From an uncultured Alphaproteobacteria bacterium (GTDB taxonomy: Bacteria; Pseudomonadota; Alphaproteobacteria; HIMB59; GCA-002718135), in the NCBI GenBank assembly GCA_902585605.1, contig CACIED010000003.1, forward strand, positions 14,881-78,880: a stretch of 64,000 bases of DNA, read 5' to 3'. Position numbers and translations under genes: made by a program. Shown here piece after piece: positions 40,626-50,647 of this stretch. Every line of letters begins with the position of its first letter. Position 1 is the stretch's first letter. Under the pieces are notes generated by a model. The model was not told where the DNA came from. It saw only the letters and a program-made list of their open reading frames with translations, and did no database searches.

Positions 40626-41529
40626 TCGAGTCTAATGAATTATCAAATTCATTTTTTACTAAATTTATAAAGTCTTCAGTAAACTTCTTTAACTTTTGTT
40701 TCTTTGAAACAATAATTCCAACTTTATTATCTAAAAATATTTTGTGATTAACTTTTTTAAATACTAATTTTTTACTTTCTATTTCTTTTACTGACCCCGC
40801 ACTTGTAAAAAAAGTTAAATAATTGCTATCTTCAATTAGATAGTTTTTTATAAAAGAAAAAGAGTTTGAAATCAGATTTGGATTGATGGAGTATAATTTT
40901 TCTCCTACATCTCTTTGTATAGAATTCCAAAAGGTAGCTGTTCCTGGATGAAAAATTAGAGGAAATTTTAAACAATCCTCTAAAAGAATTTCTGACTTAC
41001 TTGATAAAATATGCTTAGAAGAACATAAAACCCCCATAGGAAAATTATACAAGTAAAGTACCTTTAATGTTTTAGGTAAGTCTTTTGTAAACGTAATTCC
41101 AAAATCTGTTTTATTTGTAATCAGATTGTCTAAAATTGTATCAGGCTGCCTTGAAGATATCTTTATTTTTATATCTGGATATTCTTTTCTAAATTTTGAA
41201 ATAATAGGTGACAAAAATTGAACAGCAAATGTTTCACCAGTAGAAATATTTATTTCTCCAGATGTAGAAGTTTTATTTTGTTTTAAATTTGATAAGAAAT
41301 TATGATTAGTCTCATTTTGAACTTTTAGATGATCAAATAATAATTTTCCTTCATTTGTTAATTCTAATCCTCTAGCATTTCTTATAAATAATTTTGTTTG
41401 AAGTCTGTCTTCTAATTTTTGGATCTGTCTTACTATAGCTGATGAATTAATATTTAAATTTTGAGAAGCTTTTCTAATAGAGCTATCAAGCGCAGATTGA
41501 TAAAAATATCTGTACTCAATTGACAACAT
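40618..41529 (-). CDS. LysR family transcriptional regulator
   Basis: SIRKAS...SSAIVRQIQKLE...LFIRNARGLELT HTH; ATG 41529 preferred; divergent from the 41.6-45.2 kb operon. Confidence 0.9.
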   Translation of the reverse strand: MLSIEYRYFYQSALDSSIRKASQNLNINSSAIVRQIQKLEDRLQTKLFIRNARGLELTNEGKLLFDHLKVQNETNHNFLSNLKQNKTSTSGEINISTGETFAVQFLSPIISKFRKEYPDIKIKISSRQPDTILDNLITNKTDFGITFTKDLPKTLKVLYLYNFPMGVLCSSKHILSSKSEILLEDCLKFPLIFHPGTATFWNSIQRDVGEKLYSINPNLISNSFSFIKNYLIEDSNYLTFFTSAGSVKEIESKKLVFKKVNHKIFLDNKVGIIVSKKQKLKKFTEDFINLVKNEFDNSLDSTK

Positions 41530-41621
41530 ATGAATATTATAAATAAGCGTTGAGAAATTGTCATCACAAAATTGATTATATTCTACTTTTGGCATGCAAA
41601 TTTCTCTGTTAAAAAATCATT

Positions 41622-42113
41622 ATGGACTACAGAGAAAGAGCTAGATTAAATCAGGACAAATCAATTCGTATAAAACATATGGCATTTGCAGTAAAAAGTG
41701 TAGATGAGGCTCTTGTAAATTATCAATCTTTATTATCTGTTTCTGAAAAAACTGAAAAGGTTATATGGGAGAAAGCAGAAACAAAAGTAGCAATTTTTTA
41801 TATTAACGATATCGAGTACCAACTATGTGAGTCTTTAAATAAAAATGGAAGATTCACAGAATGGATAGAGAAATATGGAGAGGGTCTCCATCATATTTGC
41901 TATGAAGTAGATAATATTGATAAAGCACTTGAACATGCTCAAAAACATAATGCTAAATTAAGAATTTGTGAGGCATGTAATGTTTATGGAAGTCATGCCC
42001 ATCCAGAGGGTTTTGTGGCTTTTCTTGATGATGAAGCCGCAGGAACTGAAATTGAATTTATGCAAGTATACACAGAAGAAGAATTAAAAAAATACAAAGT
42101 AACGGGAGTATAA
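41622..42113 (+). CDS. VOC-family protein (methylmalonyl-CoA epimerase-like)
   Basis: HMAFAV, GEGLHHICYEVDNI, IEFMQ. Confidence 0.75.
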   Translation: MDYRERARLNQDKSIRIKHMAFAVKSVDEALVNYQSLLSVSEKTEKVIWEKAETKVAIFYINDIEYQLCESLNKNGRFTEWIEKYGEGLHHICYEVDNIDKALEHAQKHNAKLRICEACNVYGSHAHPEGFVAFLDDEAAGTEIEFMQVYTEEELKKYKVTGV

Positions 42114-42115
42114 AA

Positions 42116-43099
42116 ATGTCTAAAAAAATTGAAATTGGATCAGCAATTGCTGAACCTGGAAGAATAGCAGAGGGAAATATTTTTGTAGAAAAATTAGCTG
42201 GTGGAAGCGAACTAACAATTCCAGTTACTATTATCAATGGTTCAAAACCTGGACCTTGTTTTTGGATAAACGGAGGTATTCATGGAGATGAACCTGAAGG
42301 TATTCTCACGTGCACACTATTAAAAGAAAAAATTAATCCAGATGATCTTTCAGGTTCAATTGTTATGATACCTGTTATGAATGTACCCGCGATGGAAGCA
42401 GCAGAACGCGGCAATCCATTAGATACCTTCTCATACGATATGAATAGAATTTATCCTGGAAAAAAAGATGGATACTTGAGTGAAAGGATTGCACATGTTC
42501 ATAAAGAATGGATGATTAAATATGCTGATATGGAAATCTCTATTCATTCAGGAGGCGCTCATTCTTATCTTGCAGAGGCTATGTTTGCAGCTAAAGATGA
42601 TAAAACGCAAGAACTTGCAAGAGCAATGGGCGAAGATTGGAAAGTATGTCTGTATTCTAATATAACATCGAAAAGTCCAATGGCAGTAATGGCTGAAAAT
42701 GGTAAACCAGCACTTACTGTTGAGCTAGGTGGACGATCTTCCACTGCTCCTGGAGCATTTCTCAAAGTAGGACAAACATTATTAAAAGCATGTATAAATA
42801 TTTTAACTCATTATAAAATGATTGAAGGCACACCGCATTATCCTGAAATAAGACATAAAGGCTTTCAGCAAGCTCTTTTAGCTCCTAAGAGTGGTGTATT
42901 TCTTCCTAATCCAAATATTAAATTTTTAACTATGATGAAAAAAAATGATGAGATAGCAAAAATCATTGATTATCAAGGTAAAGAATTATGTACATTAAAG
43001 GCACCAGAAGATGGAATGTTTTTTGGTTTGCGAGCTTTACCAAATGTTACAATAGGGGATTGGTGTTGTTTTTATGCTATAATCGAAGGCGAATGGTAA
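42116..43099 (+). CDS. Succinylglutamate desuccinylase/aspartoacylase (M14) family deacylase
   Basis: HGDE, DMNRIYPG, SIHSG, TVELGG, C-terminal barrel-sandwich. Confidence 0.85.
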   Translation: MSKKIEIGSAIAEPGRIAEGNIFVEKLAGGSELTIPVTIINGSKPGPCFWINGGIHGDEPEGILTCTLLKEKINPDDLSGSIVMIPVMNVPAMEAAERGNPLDTFSYDMNRIYPGKKDGYLSERIAHVHKEWMIKYADMEISIHSGGAHSYLAEAMFAAKDDKTQELARAMGEDWKVCLYSNITSKSPMAVMAENGKPALTVELGGRSSTAPGAFLKVGQTLLKACINILTHYKMIEGTPHYPEIRHKGFQQALLAPKSGVFLPNPNIKFLTMMKKNDEIAKIIDYQGKELCTLKAPEDGMFFGLRALPNVTIGDWCCFYAIIEGEW

Positions 43100-43108
43100 A
43101 AAAAATTA

Positions 43109-44014
43109 ATGAAATCTTTTGACAGAGACTTAGTAGGGTATGGTCAATCAAGTCCAAATCCTAGATGGCCAAAAAAATCAAAACTAGCTATCAATTTTAT
43201 AGTAAATGTAGAAGAAGGATCAGAGTATTCTCCTTTACTTGGAGATAAAAAATCTGAATCAGGTCTTTCAGAAGTTCCAGGCGGAAGACACAAAGAAAAT
43301 CAAAGAGATTTAGGAATTGAGTCAATTTATGAATATGGTTCAAGAGTAGGTTTTTGGAGATTAACCAGTCTTTTTGATAAATACAGGATTCCACACACCT
43401 ATTTTGTGTGTGCATTAACTTTACTTCAAAATAAAGAAATATGTAATTATATTAAAAAATCTCAAAATGATATTTGTTGTCATGGTTACCGGTGGGAAGA
43501 GCATTATAAATTAACTAAAAAAAAAGAAAAAAATCAAATTAGCAAAGCTTTTAATTTAATACAAAAATTGACAAATAAAGCTCCAAGAGGCTGGTATTGT
43601 AGATATGCCCCAAGTGAAAACACTCGAGAACTAATAGTGCAAAATGGAAACTTCTTATACGATAGCGATGCTTACAATGATGATTTGCCCTATTGGGTCA
43701 ATGTGAATAAGAAAAAACACTTAGTTGTACCTTATTCACTTGATACAAATGATGTTCATTTCAAACTTCCTTCTGGTTTTAGTGGATCAAATCAATTTTA
43801 TGAATATGTTTGTGATACTATAAATTATTTATACAAAGAAGGCGCTCATAAACCAAAAATGTTAAATATTGGCCTTCATCCAAGACTAATAGGACGACCT
43901 GGAAGAATTGTTGCAGTTGAAAAAATAATAAATCATATTAAAAAACTAGATAAGGTCTGGATTTGTAACAGAGAAGAAATAGCATCTCACTGGATTAAAA
44001 ACTTCAATGAATGA
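43109..44014 (+). CDS. PuuE-like allantoinase (polysaccharide deacetylase fold)
   Basis: RDLVGYG, NVEEGSE, YEYGSRVGFWR, HGYRW, YDSDAYNDDLPYW, GLHPRLIGRPGR. Confidence 0.8.
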   Translation: MKSFDRDLVGYGQSSPNPRWPKKSKLAINFIVNVEEGSEYSPLLGDKKSESGLSEVPGGRHKENQRDLGIESIYEYGSRVGFWRLTSLFDKYRIPHTYFVCALTLLQNKEICNYIKKSQNDICCHGYRWEEHYKLTKKKEKNQISKAFNLIQKLTNKAPRGWYCRYAPSENTRELIVQNGNFLYDSDAYNDDLPYWVNVNKKKHLVVPYSLDTNDVHFKLPSGFSGSNQFYEYVCDTINYLYKEGAHKPKMLNIGLHPRLIGRPGRIVAVEKIINHIKKLDKVWICNREEIASHWIKNFNE

Positions 44015-45254
44015 TACTCAGTACACAAAATATCTTTTTGATTCTGTAAAAAAAATCTCTTTTGCTAATCCTGGTGTAATAAGAGATACTTATGGAAAGG
44101 GCGAAAATTTAACACATGATTTTTTAATAAAAGAAGCAAATAAATTTACCAAAGATATTATTATTGATTATGGAGGTAACTTTCTAGCCACCTACCCTGG
44201 AAAATTGAAAAAAAAAATTGTCATTGGATCACATCTAGATAGTCAAAAACATGGTGGAAACTTTGATGGACTTACTGGTGTGATAATGGGTCTAGTATTA
44301 ATAAAATTCTTTTTTGAGAATAACATAAGACCAAAATATTCAATATCAGTGATGGGTATTAGAGGAGAGGAAAGTTGTTGGTTTCCATACAGTTATATCG
44401 GAAGTAAAATTGCAGTTGGAAAATTTGACAAGAAACTATTAGATTCTTTAAAAAGATCAGATACTAAAAAATCTCTTTCATATCATATAAACAAATCAGG
44501 TTTTAATGCTAAGAAAGTATCTAAAAAACAAATAAAATTCGATATTAAAAATTTTAAATTTTTTATTGAGCCTCATATAGAACAAGGTCCAGTGCTTGAA
44601 AAAAAGAAAATACCCCTAGGCATAGTTACAGGAATAAGAGGAAGTTTTAGATTCAGAGATGCTTTTTGTAAAGGTGAATATTTACATTCTGGAGCAACTC
44701 CTTATGATTATAGGAAAGATTCCGTTGTTGCAGTATCCAATTTAGTAAATGAAATGAATATTTTTTGGAAAGCACAACTAAAAAAAAATAAAGATTTAGT
44801 TATAACCTTTGGTCAATTTTTTACTGATAATGAGGAGCATTCTTTTGCAAAAAGCTCTGGTCTTGTTAATTTTTGTATAGATGTAAGAAGCAATTCAAAA
44901 AATACACTTGAATATACCAAAAAAAATTTAATCAAAAAAATTAAATTAATTGAAAAACAAACAAAGACAAAATTTTTTTTAGGTAAGGAAACAAATTCAG
45001 AACCAGCATTAATGGATAAAAAATTAATAAAAAAGTTTCAAATCTATTCCAAAATGATTTCGATGAAATTTGAAACTATGGCAAGTGGAGCAGGGCATGA
45101 TGCTAGTGTTTTTGCAAATCATGGTATACCTTCTTTAATGTTATTTATAAGAAATAAGAATGGGAGTCACAATCCAAAAGAATATATGAGTATTAAAAAT
45201 TTTGAAAAAGTTTTTAAAGTCTTAAAAGGTATTATTAAGGATAATTATATCTAA
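44007..45254 (+). CDS. Zn-dependent N-carbamoyl-amino acid/allantoate amidohydrolase (M20)
   Basis: GSHLDS, GGNFDG, EE, HIEQGP, HSGATP, SGAGHDA, SHNP. Confidence 0.85.
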   Translation: MNDTQYTKYLFDSVKKISFANPGVIRDTYGKGENLTHDFLIKEANKFTKDIIIDYGGNFLATYPGKLKKKIVIGSHLDSQKHGGNFDGLTGVIMGLVLIKFFFENNIRPKYSISVMGIRGEESCWFPYSYIGSKIAVGKFDKKLLDSLKRSDTKKSLSYHINKSGFNAKKVSKKQIKFDIKNFKFFIEPHIEQGPVLEKKKIPLGIVTGIRGSFRFRDAFCKGEYLHSGATPYDYRKDSVVAVSNLVNEMNIFWKAQLKKNKDLVITFGQFFTDNEEHSFAKSSGLVNFCIDVRSNSKNTLEYTKKNLIKKIKLIEKQTKTKFFLGKETNSEPALMDKKLIKKFQIYSKMISMKFETMASGAGHDASVFANHGIPSLMLFIRNKNGSHNPKEYMSIKNFEKVFKVLKGIIKDNYI

Positions 45255-47090
45255 TTACAATTAACACAACACTGGTCGACCCAATGTCCAGGTTCTATTT
45301 CAATCAAGCCCATTTCAATATTACCTCCTTTACAATCTATACCAGGGTTTGGACATCGTGTTCGAAAAACACAACCTGAAGGAGGATTAATAGGACTGGG
45401 AATATCACCTTTAATTAATATTTTTTCTTTATCTTTTCCTTTTACTTTTGGTACTGCAGATAAAAGTGCTCGAGTGTAAGAATGTTTAGGACTGTTAAAT
45501 AACTTTGATACTGGTGCTATCTCTACGATATGACCCAAATACATAACTGCAACTTTATCACAAAAAAATTCAATTACGCTTAAATCATGTGAAATAAAAA
45601 TCATTGTTAGATTATAAGTTTTTTTTAATTTTTCTAATAAATTTAAAACCTGTGCCTGAATAGAAACATCTAAAGCAGAGACAGGCTCATCAGCTACAAT
45701 AAATTCTGGCTTAAGTACTAAAGCCCTTGCAATACCAATTCTCTGTCTTTGTCCCCCAGAAAATTCATGAGGAAATCTTCTTAGACTTTCTATAGGCAAT
45801 CCTACGTCGTTAATTATTTCTTTAATATAATTAATAGCTTCATTTTTTTTCATTAAATTATGTACAAGTATGGGTTCAATCAATGTATCTAAAATATTTT
45901 TTCTTGGATTTAAACTTGCAAAAGGATCTTGAAAAATCATTTGCATTTTTTGTCTTATTTTAATCATTTGTTTATTTGAATATTCTGAAATATTTTCATT
46001 ATTAAAATAAATTTGACCTCTAGAGGGTTGTAATAATTTAATTATAGATTTACCTAAAGTTGATTTACCTGAACCTGATTCTCCAACTAAACCTAAAACT
46101 TCATTTTTCTTTACATTCAATGAAATATTCTGAACAGCTTTTACAGTTTCATTTGATTCTTTAAAAAAAACCTTTTTCTACAGGGAACTCTTTAAATAAA
46201 TTTTCTATTTTTAGTATTATTTCATTATCATCAACTTTAGTTTGTTTATTATCATCTTTTTTATTTAATTTGCGTTCTTCCAATTTAAATTCAGGTAATG
46301 ATTGAATAAGATTTCTAGTGTACGAATGTTTAGGATTATCAAATACTTCTTTAACTTGACCCTCTTCCACAATTTCACCATGATACATAACAATAACTCT
46401 ATCAGCTAATTCCCGAACGATACCAAGGTCATGTGTAATAAATAAAATACTAGTTTTAGATACAATTGAATTTTTTAACTTCATTAATAATTGTAATAAT
46501 TGAGCTTGAATGGTGACATCTAATGCAGATGTAGGCTCATCAGCAATTATCAGTTTAGGAGTACATGCTAGAGCAATTGAAATCATTACTCTTTGTCTCA
46601 TTCCACCAGAGAGTTGATGTGGATACTCCCTAGCTCTTTGAGTTGGATCAGGTATTTCAACTAGACCCAATAAATCAATCATTTCTTTAACTGCTTTGGT
46701 TTTAGAGATTTTTTTGTGATTTAAAATAACTTCAATTATTTGATCACCAATAGTCATAGTTGGATTAAGACATGTCATTGGTTCTTGGAAAACCATTGAA
46801 ATATCATTTCCTCTTATCAAGTTATGTTTATCATCAGTAAGTTTTAAAATATTTACTTGATTATTTTTTTTATCAATTAAATTTATATTACCTTCTTGAA
46901 TATAGGCATTGTTGGGTAGAAGGCCCATAATGGAGAGGCTGGTAACAGTTTTGCCTGAACCTGATTCTCCAACTAAAGCAAGAACTTCTCCTTCATTAAT
47001 CTTAAAGGAAATATTTTTTAAAGCTTGTTTTGATCCATAATCGGACTGAAAGGCAGTACTTAAATTTGAAACATTCAAAATTTCTACCAT
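45251..47090 (-). CDS. Peptide ABC ATP-binding protein (double domain), split by an apparent +1 frameshift
   Basis: ORFs 47090-46161 and 46120-45251 join as FPVEKGFFKESNETVKAVQNISLNV if one base of the A8 run at 46163-46170 is removed. Confidence 0.85.
45265..45414. repeat. Direct repeat copy 1 (ABC-ATPase 3' end)
   Basis: 138/150 identical to 56545-56694 by manual ungapped alignment. Confidence 0.9.
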
Positions 47091-47092
47091 AA

Positions 47093-47947
47093 CTACACTT
47101 TACCTTTATCTACTGATTGTCTCGCATCAAGTGCAATACTTAGCCTATCACCTAGTAAGTTAACCGACATAACAGTTAAAAATAAAAAAAGTCCTGGATA
47201 AATCATAGTCCAGGGCGCATATCGCATATACTCTCTTCCTGAACTCAACATGGCACCCCATTCGGGTTCAGGAGGTTGTGCACCTAATCCAAGAAAACTT
47301 AAGGATGCTATAGAAATTATAGCACCACCTAAATCCATAGTTGCAATAACTATGATTATTGGAAATATATTTGGGAGAATATGATTAAACATTATTCGTA
47401 TTTTTCCAAAACCCATATTTACACATGCTTCAATATAAGGTTGCTCTTTAACTTGTAGTGCCGCTGAACGAATAATTCTTGCAAAATGTGGAATACTTGC
47501 CAATCCTACTGCGAACACGACATTCCATAAACCAACACCAATTATTGCAACAACTAAAAGAGACAAAAGGAAGGATGGGAAACCAAACATAACATCAATT
47601 ATTCTTGACCCAATAATATCCACTCTACCACCGATATATGCTATTGTTATTCCAAAAATACTACCAGCAATTATACCAAATAAAACTGAAATAACACCCA
47701 CGCTTAAAGAATATCGCGCTCCATAAACAATTCTAGAAAATACATCTCTGCCATGAATATCTGTGCCAAATAAAAAATCCCAACTAGGTGGGGCTAATCT
47801 TGGCCCAGTATCAACTTCATTCCAATTATATGGGGCAATCAATGGTGCAAAAATAGCTCCAATAATTATAATTAAAAGAAATATTCCACCAAAAGCTGAT
47901 CCTTTATTTAATAAAAATCTTTTTAAAATAATTGAAAAATTTTTCAT
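47093..47947 (-). CDS. Peptide ABC permease (DppC-like)
   Basis: FGTDIHGRD, HILPN, LSFLGLG, PEWG. Confidence 0.9.
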   Translation of the reverse strand: MKNFSIILKRFLLNKGSAFGGIFLLIIIIGAIFAPLIAPYNWNEVDTGPRLAPPSWDFLFGTDIHGRDVFSRIVYGARYSLSVGVISVLFGIIAGSIFGITIAYIGGRVDIIGSRIIDVMFGFPSFLLSLLVVAIIGVGLWNVVFAVGLASIPHFARIIRSAALQVKEQPYIEACVNMGFGKIRIMFNHILPNIFPIIIVIATMDLGGAIISIASLSFLGLGAQPPEPEWGAMLSSGREYMRYAPWTMIYPGLFLFLTVMSVNLLGDRLSIALDARQSVDKGKV

Positions 47948-48876
47948 TACCCTCTATTTCTTTCTAGTCTGATTCTTGGATCAATAATTCCATAAGTAAA
48001 ATCTACTACCAAATTTAAAAAAATATACACAGCTGTCATATAAACAACTAGCGCTTGAACTAATGGTATATCTTTTGCCAAAATAGCTTGAAGCAATAAT
48101 TGACCAAGTCCTGGTCTTGCAAATACTTCTTCTGTAATTACAGCTCCCGTAATAAGTAACCCAAATTGTATACCAAGTAATGTTACTGGAGGTATCATTG
48201 CATTTCTTAATGAATGTCTTAATACTATTCTATATTTGGATATTCCTTTTGAACGTGCTGTTCTTATATAATCTTGATTTAATACATCTACTAAACTTGA
48301 TCTTGTTAATCTTGCCATTCCTCCAGCAAAAAATAAGCCGACTGTAATAGATGGTAAAATTAAAGAAACAAAGCCCTCACCTACAATTGGTACCCATCCC
48401 AAAGTTGTACCAAATATATAAATCAGCATCATCCCTATCCAAAAACTAGGAAGAGAAATGCCACAAAGAGCAATAATCATTGAAAAAGTATCACGCATTG
48501 AATTAGGTTTGGTTCCAGCAAATATTCCAAAAAAGACACCAAAAAAAACTCCAAATATTAAACCTCCTATAGAAAGTTCTATTGTAGGCATCATGTTTTC
48601 TTTAATCATTGTTGTTACAGGTTGCCTAGTGAGATATGATTTTCCTAAATCACCCTTAGTTGCATTAATTAAGAATGAGGTATATCTCTCAAAAACAGGT
48701 TTATCTAAACCTAAATTCTTCCTAACATTTTCTCTTACTTCATCTGATGCGGGTCGTCCGCCAAGCATTAAATTTACTGGATCTCCAGGAATAATATTTA
48801 GTGTTACAAAAACTACTGTCCAAGCAATGTACAGAGTGGGTATTACAATAAGGAGTTTTTTTATAAAAAAATTCAT
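47947..48876 (-). CDS. Peptide ABC permease (DppB-like)
   Basis: PGDP, GDLGKS, TARSKG, EEVFARPGLG, DPRI. Confidence 0.9.
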   Translation of the reverse strand: MNFFIKKLLIVIPTLYIAWTVVFVTLNIIPGDPVNLMLGGRPASDEVRENVRKNLGLDKPVFERYTSFLINATKGDLGKSYLTRQPVTTMIKENMMPTIELSIGGLIFGVFFGVFFGIFAGTKPNSMRDTFSMIIALCGISLPSFWIGMMLIYIFGTTLGWVPIVGEGFVSLILPSITVGLFFAGGMARLTRSSLVDVLNQDYIRTARSKGISKYRIVLRHSLRNAMIPPVTLLGIQFGLLITGAVITEEVFARPGLGQLLLQAILAKDIPLVQALVVYMTAVYIFLNLVVDFTYGIIDPRIRLERNRG

Positions 48877-48881
48877 AATTT

Positions 48882-48907
48882 TTTAGCCACCTTTAAAGGT
48901 GGCTAAA
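48882..48907 (-). terminator. Stem-loop after the SBP gene
   Basis: Perfect palindrome TTTAGCCACCTTTAAAGGTGGCTAAA between SBP and permease. Confidence 0.75.
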
Positions 48908-48920
48908 TTTAATCAATTAA

Positions 48921-50504
48921 TTATTTTTTTCGTACATCATACATACGCATTTGCCAATTACCATTGGCAAATCTCACACCCTCTAAATCAGGATTGTATG
49001 CAACTGTTTGTACTTGATCGTGAATTGCAAGAAAAATTGCTTGATCCATTATATGTTTTTGAATTTGCATATATAGATCATCTTTAACTTCCTGTGTTTC
49101 TGCACTTTCAGCATCTTCAAGAAGTTGATCAAGTTCTGCATTAGCATATCTAGCCCAGTTAAATTTGAATTTACCTGGTTGTGGAATATTTCTAGAGTGG
49201 AAAGGAATAATTAATACTCCTGGATCTAGAGAAACCCATCTAATAACTAGCATATCGTAACCGTTAGCAAAGATTAATTCATCTTGTCTTGCTTTCATTA
49301 CTACTTCAACATTAACATCAAATCCTACCTTGTTTGCATAGCCTTGTATTGCAACACAAGTGTCAGGTTCTAGTAAACATGGAAAAAATACAGTAAGTTT
49401 TTCACCATTTTTTTCTCTAACACCATCAGAACCCATTTTCCAACCTGCTTCATCTAATAAAGCAGCTGCACCTTCAGGGTTATAAGGATAATAATCTTCA
49501 TTACCACTCCAATAACTTGGTGTTGAGCTACTAATTGGACCAAATGCTGCTTCAGCATATCCAAAAAATAAATCACTTGTCATTTTTACTCTATCAAGTG
49601 AATGGAAAAATGCTTTTCTGACATTAACATCTTGGAAGACACCAGTAGTTGTGTTCAAGAAAGCTGAGTAAGGTAAACCAGATACCGTTCCTGTAACAGT
49701 ACTTAGATCTCCACTGGAATCAAATCTACGCATATCAAGCGGAGGTACTAATTCTGCGATATCAACTTCACCAGCCTCTAGAGCAGCAACTCTAGTACTA
49801 GTATCTTTAATCAATCTATATGTTAAATTTGCAACTTGAGAAGGGCCACTCCCATCCATATATTCAGGAGCCCAGTTATAATCAGGATTTCTAACTAACT
49901 CGACTTTTTTGTTAGCCTCCCAATTTTTAAACATAAATGGTCCAGTACCTACAGGAGCCATTCCAAATCCTTCATTACCTAGTTTGTCTAGCGCTGTTGG
50001 ACTAACAATTGATAACTCAGTTTCTGTAAATGCAGTTATTGCAGATCCATAACGTCTTTCAAAAACTACTTTTGCAGTAAAATCGTCTATAACAATTGTT
50101 TCCTTATAAGGCCCTAAAATATCTACTGCACCTTGTGATCCAGTTTCTGGATCTACAATGCTATCAAATGTTGCCTTAACAGCTGCAGCATTAAATTTTG
50201 TTCCATCATGGAAACTTACATCATCTCTTAAGCTGAATGTATATTCTAATCCATCACTAGAGACATCCCATGATGTTGCAAGACCAGGATATATATTTCC
50301 TTCTGAGTCAGCTGATATTAATTGATCAAACATATTTACAATTAACATCTCTTCATGTCTTGACTGTGTTATTCTTGGATCTAGTGTTCTCAAATCTGGT
50401 CTATCCTCTGCAAAAACAATATCCAATGCGTTTGCAGAATTAATAAAAGAAAGACTTGAGAATATAAAAGTTATACCAAGAGCAATTTTTAATAATATTC
50501 TCAT
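48921..50504 (-). CDS. ABC transporter substrate-binding protein, family 5
   Basis: Signal peptide, TLDP, FHDGT, PVGTGPF; AAAGGAG RBS. Confidence 0.9.
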   Translation of the reverse strand: MRILLKIALGITFIFSSLSFINSANALDIVFAEDRPDLRTLDPRITQSRHEEMLIVNMFDQLISADSEGNIYPGLATSWDVSSDGLEYTFSLRDDVSFHDGTKFNAAAVKATFDSIVDPETGSQGAVDILGPYKETIVIDDFTAKVVFERRYGSAITAFTETELSIVSPTALDKLGNEGFGMAPVGTGPFMFKNWEANKKVELVRNPDYNWAPEYMDGSGPSQVANLTYRLIKDTSTRVAALEAGEVDIAELVPPLDMRRFDSSGDLSTVTGTVSGLPYSAFLNTTTGVFQDVNVRKAFFHSLDRVKMTSDLFFGYAEAAFGPISSSTPSYWSGNEDYYPYNPEGAAALLDEAGWKMGSDGVREKNGEKLTVFFPCLLEPDTCVAIQGYANKVGFDVNVEVVMKARQDELIFANGYDMLVIRWVSLDPGVLIIPFHSRNIPQPGKFKFNWARYANAELDQLLEDAESAETQEVKDDLYMQIQKHIMDQAIFLAIHDQVQTVAYNPDLEGVRFANGNWQMRMYDVRKK

Positions 50505-50647
50505 ATTATCTCCTTTGTTAAGAAAATTAGAAATAGTTTAAATCATTTAGAAATTACAAAAAGTTTAAAATTAGCATTTTTGTAATGCTTTTTAGACATC
50601 ACTCAAAAAACCCTATTTTACAAGGTTTTTGAAAAAATTTATTAGAA

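Noticed and set aside
45265-45414. DGR template/variable repeat pair or IS/att ends
   Set aside because: Both copies are coding, mismatches are not adenine-specific, and no RT, transposase or integrase is present
48458-48886. 142-aa antisense ORF and the other short ORFs nested in longer genes
   Set aside because: Shadows of well-supported genes; no motifs or RBS
50550-50635. Riboswitch or ncRNA upstream of the SBP gene
   Set aside because: Only imperfect AT-rich inverted repeats; no recognisable aptamer consensus; may be an operator or terminator
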